NCBI GenBank assembly: GCA_905178155.1
Contig: CAJINV010000005.1
Span: 9,093,346 to 9,157,345, forward strand
Source: Amoebophrya sp. A120
Lineage: Eukaryota > Protista > Dinoflagellata
Direction of reading: 5' to 3'
Length of the DNA: 64,000 bases
This document shows positions 1 to 11,059 of this stretch, one piece after another. Position 1 is the stretch's first letter, and each line of letters starts with the position of its first letter. A program made the position numbers and the translations under genes. The notes beneath the pieces were generated by a model. That model did not search any database, was not told where the DNA came from, and worked only from the letters and a program-made list of their open reading frames with translations.

Positions 1-359
1 GGGCCCGGTTTTTCTTCACTTTTTGGGCGCCCCCCGTGGCACCCCGATCGGCCCCATAGCATCGGGGCTGGCTTTCGGAAAGGAATTTTGGAAATGTGCC
101 AAAATTTGTGATGTTTCCCAAGTGGCCGCCATACCGTGCGGCATAACGTTACTCACGGCGGTATGGCGAGCTCAGAAAAAGCAAAGCCGTGGCCAAGGCG
201 GCGGCCGGCAAAAAAACGCCCATGACCTCACTACCCCCGCCCCGGCGGCTATATTTGGTACAGTGGGTCTGTCATGCGCTTTCGCCTATATCAGACTTGT
301 TTCTCATGCTCAGCTGCTAGCCGGATGCGTACCCAAATGGGCTTAGAACATGCCGACAA

Positions 360-453
360 GCTCTTGCTGCAATACAAGGCTCATTTGTGTACACAAATCC
401 AGCAACACAAGTTGTCTCTTTGATATGGGGTGGGGGCTTTTTTCATTTTGATA
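360..453. mobile_element. Family-A introner, right end only
   Basis: ...gatatggggtgggggctttttcattttgATA matches the right end of 14190-14511. Confidence 0.75.
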
Positions 454-2017
454 CGGGAAAAATGGGAAGAAAAGCTACTCCTTTCAGCGACAACTCACCC
501 CTGGGGTTCTAGTGACGGCGGCGCAACCCAGTCTTCTGTCGAAAGCGGCGCAGGAGGGCGTGGCGTGTCTGAACGAAATCAGCGACCGGCTGTTTGCGGA
601 ACAGGCGAATGTGGAAAAAAATTGTGATGCAGTGGATCATGGGCTACAGGAAGGAAAAGACAACCCCGACGAGGAGGAATCTTCACTACCCGCTGCAAAA
701 CGGAGGAAAGTCAACATCTCATCGGAACAGGACGGTGGAAACGGCATTTCATCTAGCGTAGATCTTTCTTCCACCACGTCTCTCTCCGCGGCGCTTGCTT
801 CGGAGCTGACCGATTTGAAAGAAGACAAGCAGAAGAAGAATAAAAAGGGGTGGCGGTTTGTAGAAAATTTCTCACGCGGAATTGCGTTTCTCCAGGCGAG
901 CGAGTACCCACGGCCGAAGATAAAAAGAAGTTCATCCGATGGTAAAAACCACGCAGAGGTGGAAATCGAAATAGATGAGGAGAGAAAAACACACATGTCG
1001 GAGAAGCAGAAGCAGTCCTTGCGGAAGCAGGAAATCCGGTCAGAAACTTGGAACATGCCATCCAAGGTTGCAAAGGAATTATTTGGAATTTGTGATGCGG
1101 ATAGAGATGAACCACCACGAACCGCGGAAGTAGAAGTAGACCACGCTGTCATGAAAGAACCCAGCAAGAGCAGGACCAATAAGACGAAATACGTCATCCG
1201 CCTCACCCCGCTGGACTACGTGTCCACTCCGCACACCAACAATTTTGAAATGCTCTTGCAGAAAATCGTGCCGAAGGAGGTCGCGGCGTCAAGAGTGTTG
1301 AGGGAGGTAGGGTTTTCTGGTTCCGAAATCCCCGCTACCATGGCGGCCGCTTTCCCGAATCCGACGAAAGGTGGTCAACAATCCAACGAAAAGGAGAGCG
1401 ATGAAGGAGCTGCTGCACAACATCCAGGTGCGAGTACTTCTAAAAGCACCACCAAATCTCCTACCACCAAGACTCTTCTAGGGGACGCAATCGCGGCGAA
1501 GCTTCTCGCTATGGAAAGAACAACAAGAACTACGCATGAGAAAGAACACCACCCAAAGCTCTCTTACACTTGGAACTTGGATTTCCGGAAACACAACTTG
1601 AGCGGCAACACCGGGAACAAATTTGTGACGAAAGAAACTTGTCGAGACTTGATTGAGAAACAGCTGGAAAAAACGTTCGCGAAGTCCTCTTCGCAGGACA
1701 AAGAGGAGAAGATGGATAGCAGTATTCCAGGAAGACAAATTTCCTTCTCCGTGGACATCACTTGCCCCGATTTCTTGTTCGTGGTAGAAGTGACGCCAAC
1801 GTTTTTGGGTATGTCTGTGTTGCAGGACGTGGAACAGTGGCGAGATTTCAAGCTGTTTGAAAACGACAAGGAAAACGAAAGCGAGGAGGAAAGAAGTTGT
1901 AGTGCTGCTTCGGATGTCGATGGTGAGGATGGTGCTGGTTGTACTAGCGGTAGTGAAGGAGAAGACGGCGACCTTCAAACAGCAAGCGAGGATGAGGAAA
2001 AAGCGGTGGACGCTTGA
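454..2017 (+). CDS. THUMP-domain protein (THUMPD1/Tan1-like tRNA-modification adaptor), 5'-partial
   Basis: Open frame from 455 (GKNGKKSYSFQRQLTPGVLVT...). Motifs KTKYVIRLTPLD and FSVDITCPDFLFVVEVTPTFLGMSVL resemble THUMPD1/Tan1. Preceded by the right end of a family-A introner, so the first exon probably lies upstream of the window. Confidence 0.7.
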
Positions 2018-2820
2018 GATGACTACAACGCATACTGTAACCCTCCTTGGCGAAACTTTTCAACCATACTGCACTGCGACATCGCGACAGGAACTAAGAA
2101 ATAAATCATCACGCGGGCGGTAGTAGTAGAACCCCAGCGGTCTACTTCAACCGAAATTGCGACAGCGAAGCACAGCTCGGCAAGTCAACTATTCACATTC
2201 ATCTGAAACGTCGAAATAAAGTATGCATCAGCAGCTCTTTCAAATGCCTTTTTGATGTCGTGTTCTTGTCGTTGCAAACAATCTACTACCTCAGTTGTAC
2301 GGCCTTGAGAACTACGTATAGAGTTGTGAGCTGTATCAAAACGAGGGATTGTCGTCTAATGGTTTTCATCTTCCGAAGCGAAATAGACAAACGTCGTCGA
2401 AATCAGAAAGAAAAACTACGTTGAGAGATGACAGCAGGGTTGTTAGCAACATTTTGCTGCCACGTTGAGAGTAATAATACCCCTCGAGGAGGCCGTTTTC
2501 GTTGCAGGACGTCTTGTTGAAAGTGTTGGCATAGTATGGGTACTACTAATTCTTGCACCACAATAAACGTTTCACTAACACGACTCGTCGTAAGAATACT
2601 AGCATCACCGCAAAAATAAACCAAGTCGTATCGTCGTCACCCGCACACCAGCAAGCAAAACGCGGAAACTACAGCTGCGCTTAGATGATCTACTGAAATT
2701 AATTCCTCACACTCGCAGTTTTCTTTTTTTTTCTTCTGGGGAAGAGAACTTTTTATGGGGAAATTGTACTACTGTCAAAACTAGGGGAAAGCAAGTAACT
2801 CAATTTTGAAAATCAAAAAA

Positions 2821-5800
2821 ATGGACTCGACGTTGGCGAAGTCCACCTCCACGCCGCACCTGGCGACCACGAGGCAGCCGAAGTTGAATGTGACCGGTAA
2901 ATTCGTTGTTTTTGTCATGCAGAAACTGCATCCGGATTGAAAAGGAAAAGTGAGTTTCAATGAACTTGTGATGCAAAAACCGATTTTGGCGTCCAGTTTG
3001 TCATGCGTGTTATTCAAAATCAAAACCAAAACAAAAAATCAGCAATACCAAACCTGCCGGGAACGCAACTGTCCACATCTATCGGCAAGAAGCACTTCCC
3101 AAGACAAAACTCATGGTCCATCATCGGAGGCTGCAGAATCGAGCGGGACAGAGGAGAGTATTGAGTTGTGCTTTTTGATGCATCACTATGCATGACAAAT
3201 TGCGTTTCTTTTGCATGACCACGCATGCGAGCCTGCACTCGGTTCATCTTCACTGAAACCAAAAACAAACTCCCAGGTTCGAAGCCGCACGCGGGAAATT
3301 CATCCGGGCACCAAAATCAGCATCCGAGTTCCGACAGGGAAGCCTGCCAAGCAGCACCACGAGACAAGTGTTCCAGAATATCACATGTAAAAATGTCTGG
3401 GTCTGGAAGAATGCACCTTGTCATGCCAAACCTGAAGCATGCAAAAATCTGTGTTGCATGATTACCAAAAGTCGTCCAGTTTTGACCAAGTCGGGAGGGA
3501 GTTTCTCATGCAGGATAGGCATCAGAGAGATCGCGCAGAATCTGTCACGCTAGGTCCTCCATTACAGACCATTTGAGTCATGGAAAACCTGCATGACAAG
3601 TCTAGCAAAGTTCCAGACCCAGACATATTTGGATGTGATACAGAAGCCAAGTTTGACATTTGACGAGCTGCCCGCGTGGGAAGTGCTGGATCGACATGTG
3701 CTCCGGTTTTACGCATACGGAAAGGACACTATCCGTATCGAGGTTGTGATTTTCATTTTTCCATGACAAAATGAATCTGCAAAAATGCATGTTTTTACTG
3801 CATGACAGCATCCAGTCCTTTCTCATGCGTGTCAACATTACAAAAAAATATTCTCAGCCGAAACCAACTTGGAGAACTACCGGGTTAAGAAGTTCAGAAT
3901 CCTGTACTACCTGCAGGATGACACCTGCCAGATTAGCATGCCAGAGCCGGATAACAGCGGTTGCGGAGTCTTCTCCGCATTAGGCGGACAGGGCGATAAG
4001 GGTATAGGTCCTACTGTTGACAATGAGTCTGCATCTGCAGTTGCTAGTACAGCTTTGTTGATGCATGACGCTTCTGCTTTCTCATGCGCAGAACTTGTTC
4101 GCATGTTGGAAAAAATCAAACTAAGGTCTCTCGTCCAACTATTTGAAGCGGTGCAAGCTGAGAAACGCGGATGGATCCGTATTGCCAGTAAAAATCCCCC
4201 CTCCCCATATTGAAAACGCATCCTCCTGAAAATTTGTGATGCAGATTTGTGACCACAAACCGGGTCTGTCTTGCAAGAAGGCATACTCAGGCTGTCCGCC
4301 ACGTTATGCAGGTGGTTTGTAATGCTGTAAGGCCTACAGGGTAGCCGTCTACCATGCTAGGCGCCTACACGAAAAGGACCCCGGCTGTGCTCAGGATCTG
4401 TGTGCATTCCTCTACTGCAACACAATTCTGATTTGTGTACCCAGATCCAGCATCAGAAATTTATTTTTTTTTTTCTTTTTGGTAGTGCTCCTCTCTATAC
4501 TTTTTTTGATCCCTCGGTGCTAGTGGGCACATTTGTACGAAGTTATTTCTACTCAGATAACAACACAGCTCACTACGCCGCCTTCCCAGGAGCTGTTGTT
4601 GCTGTCTTTCGGTAGAAATCACATCGTCCAAATAATCCTACTAGAGTTTACCGGGTATGTGGTTTAAGGGGGAACATAAGGACGTTAGATGTTTGATTGC
4701 TCTACATTACAAGACCGGCACTTGTGTCGGCCCGCCGAAGTTTCGCGCGCGGGTTCAGCAGTCTTCTTTCTCGCGAAAAAGGTGAGTCTCCTGACCCTTT
4801 CGGTCGTCACCACTCCGCCGGTATTCGTGCTTGCGCGGTACCTCACGATGACGATGGTTTAAGTTTTTTAGGTATAGTCTAAACAGGGACACCCAGCCCT
4901 TAGCCATCCAAAATCAGAAATTTCGTTTTGATATGGGGAGGGGAAATTTTTCCTCTCAATAATCCGGCTTTGTCTCTCCCGCCACCTTCCGGGTCGGTGA
5001 GGACTTCGAATTCCTCGGGAGGAAGGTCAGAATCTTATCAAATGCAAAAATGTCGGGGTCATTGGAAACTTGTGATGCTAAAATGTGACTGGTGGGCGGA
5101 CTGCAGTACGCAGCGAAGCATGACAAATTTTTCAACTACTACTGTATTCCGTTTTCCGCATGGCAAACTGCGTTTTTGCACGACAGGCAAGAAGCCATTT
5201 TCCTGCTCATGCATTACAGATTTATGAGTCATGACAGACAAGCATGACAAACTTGCATTCTTCCAGACCCAGGCATATTTGCATTTGATAAGTCTACAAC
5301 TGCGACAAGTTCACCGAGGAGTACTACGAGCGGCTTATGTATTGCAAAAATGTCTGCGTCTGGAAGAATGCAACTTGTGATGCTGCATTTGGATGTCTAA
5401 AAAATTTGTGTTGCATGAGCAGCAAAAGGAGCCTAATTTTTGCTAAGCGGAGAAGGCATTTGTCATGCGGGATAGGCATCAAGAATCACTCAAAAAACCT
5501 GTGATGCTAGGGCATGCATCACAGACATCATGGCTCATGCAAACCGTGCATGACAAGTCTCAGAATCTTCCAGACCCAGACATTATTTTTGCACTTGATA
5601 CGGCTCGGTATGCCGCAAAACATGGCGCTGGCAAGTGCGGAGTCGGAAATGGACGCGTTCTCAGAGCTATCAAATGCAAATATGTCTGGGTCAGGAAAAA
5701 CGAAACTGTAAAATCTGTATTGCATGACCAACTTTTGTCATGCAAAAGCACAGTTTCTAATGCCATGCGCAAAAACGCATCAGAAAGCGTCCTCAGAGTT

Positions 5801-8800
5801 TGTCATGCTGGGCTCCACTCAGGAGTATGCTCACTCGTCACTGTCGCTCAGCATTACAAATTTCCAGACCTAGACATGCTTACACTGGATAAGAGACTCT
5901 CGCAAAGAAGAACATCGTGCCATCCAAGCCGGAGAGAACGAACGAAAAGCTGTACTACGAAAACATGCTGAACGGCGGGCACGTAAAAAATTCTTTGCTT
6001 TTCTGGTTTTGTAGATTTGGTTTTTTTATTACGATTTTGTCATGCGCCGCTGTGATTGAAAATGAAAACCTTCTTTGTCTGGCATAAATGTGCACAAAAT
6101 AAATCAAAAACTCCAGATCAACGCCAACATGCAACAATTTATGGAGAACGATCGCAAAGTGTGCCGATTCTACGCCATTGTGGACGACCTCATTACTCCG
6201 CAGTACGAGCGACGACCGTTTGTCATCATGTACTTCTTGGCGAATGACACCATTCAAATCCGCGAGCAGTACCCCTTGAACTCTGGGCGGGACGGATTCC
6301 CGCTCTTCTGCAAGCGCATGCGCATGCCCAAGGGAAAGACCGAACTGCGAGGGCCGATGGACAGCGCGTATCGGGTTTTTTGCATTACAGATTTATTCGC
6401 AGCACCTCCACCTGCAGCGTGGAGTGAAAAACTTTTGTGATGCTGGTTTATCCAAGAAAGAAAGTTTTGTCATGCAATGTCCAACATCATGAAAAATTCA
6501 GGTACCAACCGGAGGAGTACGTGCACATTACTGATTTTAACATTGGTCAGCGGGTGGAGATGTACAACACCTCCTTTTACATCTACGACGCCGATGGCTT
6601 TACCCGCGAGTACTTCGAGAAGGAGCTCACCGCGTTGCCAACGAAAATCGATGTCCGGCTCCCGGAGAAGGAGATCCCCCGCGCGAAGACGCCACCGTAC
6701 ACCGGGTATGGTTCTTGGGATGACAGCATGGGATCGGTGCTCCAGCTTATCCCGAAAAAACCGAAGTATCAAATGCAAGAATGTCTGGGTCTGAAAGGAT
6801 CCGAACTTGTGATGCGTGTTTCGGATCCTACAAAGATCTGTGATGCATAAACGTGCAAAAGGTGCTTACTCCTGGCCATGCTGAGTGGGCATTTCTCATG
6901 CACAATACGCATCACCAAGGAGCTGCAGAACCTGTGATGCTAGGCCCTGCATTCCAGACGTGGGGGAGCTTGGGAAAACTGCATGACAAATCTCGGAGTC
7001 TCGCAGACCCAGACATTTTTGCATTCGATACGAAGAAAGATTTGGCCAAACTCTTCTTCAACGAGGGCAAGACGCTCCGGTTTAGCGCGAAGTTCAGCGG
7101 GGAGGTACTACTAGATTCGTCATGCCGGATCATGTACAGGATAGAAATCTGGAAAGATGAATTTTGTGATGCAGGGCACGCATTGAAGTGCAAACTTGTC
7201 ATGCATCATATGCAACCCAAATTATCAGGTCGCGGAAGAGGACACGATGCGTCGGTTCCTGATGACTTACAACCTGTTCGACGATACCGTCATGATCCAC
7301 GAGCCACCGTTATGAATTCGAAAAACCACTGCAATTTGTCATGCAGAATTAAGACGAATCGCACATTGCATATACAAAGTCTAGCATGACAAGTTTCTTG
7401 GCACGACCTCTGCAGTAGGTCTCTTTTGTCATTCATAACCGCAGAGAAACCTGGGTATTGTCACCGGCCGCTTCCTGGAGAAGGCGGTGCACCTGAACCA
7501 GCTTACCGGAAAACTCTTCATGCCGGATGATTTCCTGCCGGGCAAGGAAGTGAAGTGCCAGAGCCACCAGTTCCTGATGCTGGATATGGACGAGTACACC
7601 AGGAATTACTTCAAATATGAGAGTGCACAACTACTCTATTTCTCCCTCATTTGTATGGCATGAACAGCATCACAACCACCAACACACGTGGGGCCTGTGC
7701 ATAAGAAATTTATCACGCCCCGACTGCAGTACTCTTGGGCAGCAGCTTCCAGAATTTGTAATGCAACCAGTGCCATAAGGAACCAACAGGACTTATTGGG
7801 ATTCTGCATTACAAATGAGGGGGGTGAGATTGTTGTGCACTCTCATATCAAATCGCTGGAAAACGGCGAGGAGATCTACCGCAACAACACGAATCTGAAC
7901 AAGGTCTTGCAGAACTTGCGGGAGCAGATGACCAACCAATTTCCGCAGGTATAGGAGTGTGGTGTGGCTTTTTTGCATGACAAAAATGTAGTGTCTTTGG
8001 TTTTTTGCATGACAAAGTTTTTATCGCGCATCATCACAACTAAACTTTCTGTCAGGTCCGCGACGTGTTCCGCCGATTCGATGCCGACCGCAACGGTGTG
8101 CTCTGCTACCACGAAATGGAGCGCGCGCTGCAGAAGTTTGGCTTCATGCTGTCACCGGAAGAGACGCTGTGCGTAATGAAGCACTTCGACCCGGAAGGCA
8201 CGGGCCAGGTGGACTACAAGGCTTTCTGCTCCAAGGTTTTGGACCCGGACTTCTTCCAGGGCAACCTGATGGTGGTATTGATCAACCGTTTGAATATGCA
8301 ACACAGTTTTTTTTCTCTAGCTACTTTTCGCATGAGAGCTTTCTCGTGTATGGCCATGACATCCAGTGCCTGTGCTTCATATCACGCATGAGAAATTCAA
8401 CAAAACGAAAACTATCAGAAACCCGAACTCGTTATCAACGCCGAAGAGCTGGCTTCCTACGCCGATGTCGCTGCGCAAAAGACGGTGGAGCGGGCAGAAA
8501 CCGAGAAGGTCCGACGGGCGGTCAGGATGATCGGGGACATTTTCTTCACCAGGGAAAACATGCGGGGACGGCTGTTGGCAGAGTGGATACGAGAGTGCAC
8601 AACTCCCCCTCCGCCGCATTTTTTTGAAGGGCATAAACAGCATCACAAGTCCTGGCATAAATGCAGATTTTGCATGACAAATTCGCGACCGATTCTAGTG
8701 CTGTTTCGGCTTCCGGAATCTGTTATGCGAGCAGTGCCAAAGGGAAAAAGATGGACTTGCTATTTTGCATGAGAAATGAGGGGAGGCAGAGTTGTGCATT

Positions 8801-9278
8801 GTCATAGTGGAACGAGATGGGCCAGGAACCGACCAAGACGTGGGACCAGATTCGATTGGGATTCTTGAAACTCGGGTAAGTAGCGATCTACAGTGTTGGT
8901 GTTCTTGCATGACAGAGTCACGTTTTCTTGGTTTGTGTGCATGAGAAACAATAACGACTAATGGCAATAAAGCGGTATTTTTGCCTGATCCGCATGACAA
9001 ATTCCAAAACTTCTATCAGGTACGTCTTCGATCTGGACGATGTGCAGCGGTGCATTTTGTTCTGTTTACCTACGCATGGTGAAAAATTTTCGTGGATAAT
9101 GTTGTCATGCACAATACTGCATTGGCGAAAGATGTTTCCAATGCAACGTTGTGCATGACAAGTTCCATCTAAATTTTTCCCCCCCATACCCTCGGGCTGC
9201 GACCTCCAGGCTGTGCCAGTGATCGACTTCTTGCACAAGCTGAAGGTCACCTACCACGACATGTACCTGAATCGTTAA
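2821..9278 (+). CDS. EFHC1/Rib72-like axonemal protein (DM10 domains + EF-hands), multi-exon
   Basis: Spliced peptides LPAWEVLDRHVLRFYAY, ENYRVKKFRILYYLQDDT, FMENDRKVCRFYA, YIYDADGFTREYF, TPPYTGYGSWDDS, HEPPQRNLG and FRRFDADRNG. Interrupted by both GT-AG introns (e.g. 2897-3042) and TIR introners. Confidence 0.88.
3379..3640. mobile_element. Introner family C (TIR ~TATCAAATGCAAAAATGTCTGGGTCTGGAAG)
   Basis: TSD cagaa/cagaa. Confidence 0.9.
4180..4961. mobile_element. Introner family A (TIR ~TATNNNNNGAAAAATCCCCCTCCCCATAT) with nested insertion
   Basis: TSD atccg/atccg; contains insert 4463-4912. Confidence 0.88.
4463..4912 (-). mobile_element. Nested poly(T)-headed insertion (retroposon-like)
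   Basis: 11-bp direct repeat atcagaaattt at 4452-4462 and 4913-4923; T-run at the left end. Confidence 0.65.
5036..5290. mobile_element. Introner family C
   Basis: TSD aatct/agtct. Confidence 0.88.
5336..5600. mobile_element. Introner family C
   Basis: TSD cggct/cggct. Confidence 0.9.
5668..5891. mobile_element. Introner family C
   Basis: TSD agagc/agaga. Confidence 0.85.
6767..7030. mobile_element. Introner family C
   Basis: TSD cgaag/cgaag; near reverse complement of 60641-60907. Confidence 0.9.
7311..7437. mobile_element. Short introner (TATGAAT...ATTCATA)
   Basis: TSD accgt/accgc; removal restores EPPQRNLG. Confidence 0.85.
7616..7847. mobile_element. Introner family E (TIR TATGAGAGTGCACAA)
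   Basis: TSD tcaaa/tcaaa. Confidence 0.9.
8588..8806. mobile_element. Introner family E
   Basis: TSD gtgga/gtgga. Confidence 0.88.
9071..9188. mobile_element. Degenerate introner
   Basis: TAC..gaaaaattt / aaatttttc..ATA. No recognisable TSD, but removing element + 5 nt restores frame (LPGCDLQ). Confidence 0.45.
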
Positions 9279-11059
9279 GGAAAAGGAGAAGAAACTTGCT
9301 ATTGCACAGCAAGAGAACAAGGCGTCGTGGACTTAGAACTAGAACTTTAGTACCAAAATGCACCTACTGTACAGAAAACAAATAGCACCAGAACAGTAAA
9401 AACGTGTTAGACATCAGATCAACAGCAGAAGACTAAAAACATCAAATCAGACACAACGGAAAACAAGTTGAAAGCTTGTTTTCCCCGACAGGTAATTATT
9501 TAGCAGAGAAAAATAAAATCAGACAACACCGGAACAAATAATCGTTTTAGCAAAAATCAAGAACACAATATCAAAAGCCGAGTTATATATGACAAAACTT
9601 ATCAGACAAGACAATCAGACCAATCCAGTTAGGTTTCCAGAATCAGACACAGTCGGAATCTTCGCTATGGTAGGTTTCAGTAGATTCAGGCACAGAGTTA
9701 CGAGTTACTATTTAGGTCAGACAACTTCTAACCAAGAGCTATTTTAGAATACAGCAGATCGAATTTATCAGAATCAGTAATCGGATATTAAGGTTTCAAG
9801 GAAATAATTTCTCCGCATAGGTCGTTTCAAGCGAGAAAGTTCAGCGAATCAGACACGTTGCAGAGGACGACGAGTTACAGCATCAGAAACTTGAATCAGA
9901 ATAAATCAGACTTTGAAATTATACCTCTAAAAACTGTAGTTTAGAATTTTACCAGACACAACAACAAAACGGTTTATGGAAAGAAATTTGCACAGATGTT
10001 ATTTCAGATTTACTTCTAAAAGATCAGACACGACAGCAGGCAGCGAAATATTAATATTGTCACAAACTTTATTCAACTATGTAAACTATCGCTTTATTTC
10101 CTCATCTCTCCGGAGCTCGGCTCCTATCAGCCTATATCCTAGCAAACCCGTGGTATTCGTCACCTGTCGTGACCGTGAGCAAGTTGCAATTTTGTGGAGA
10201 CAAAAGTACACCTAATATTCCAAATCTCTAGGAAATATCGGGATAACAAAACGAACAGTGGAGTTCGGACTCGATAATGCACTTGTATAGGCATACTCCT
10301 GCTAGTACGCGGCTACAGGTCCAGATTATGAACTCTTGATGAACAATTTTCTGCGCGCGGTTTTTCCCCCGCAGAGTAAATCCGAGAACTCCAGGTTTAG
10401 TACCTTCTTGTTACACTAGCTTTGTTTGAAAACAGAAAATTTTTCACAAGCCGAGGTTCCTGCGGTTAAGTACCTGCGCAGCGGCGCACTGGAGGTGGAG
10501 ACGAGGCAACAGCACTCCCTGTTCAGCTTCGTGGCAGGAGTTGTACTATGTGGAAGGCTTTCATCGTCGAAAAGAAGGCTCGTCGCATAAGAATGTAGTG
10601 CAGGGTTCGTAGTAAGCAAGTCGTTGACATCGCCGGGAAATGAAAAACTACTTACTGTCGTGGTTATCGCAAGCATTTATGATCGCAGCAGAAAAATACT
10701 AACGTCGTGGGTCCCGGTGAAATTAATTATCGTCAGCTTTTCCATCGTTCAAAAAGAAAAATCGGTCTCTAATTCCAATGACAAATCCGCGTCGTGGTAG
10801 AGTTCGGTATAATCGCGAAGAACCGTCAGTACGTCTTCGGCCTGTCGTCGTGTTTTGCTGCCGTCGCTTTCACTACTGGGAAGGCCGTCCTCGCTTGGGG
10901 CGGTGTGTCTTTCAGAAAAATGCAAGAACTGTTGCTTAACCAAGTTCACCTCTAGACCTCCGCGGTCGCAAGACCGTTATTGTTGGACCGAAAATGGAGG
11001 ACGGTTTTTCTTAAAGTGAAAAGATCCACGATTTTTGCAATTCACCAAAAACAAAAATC

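Noticed and set aside
10416-10949. Two short minus-strand ORFs upstream of the K channel
   Set aside because: No recognisable motifs or supporting exon structure.
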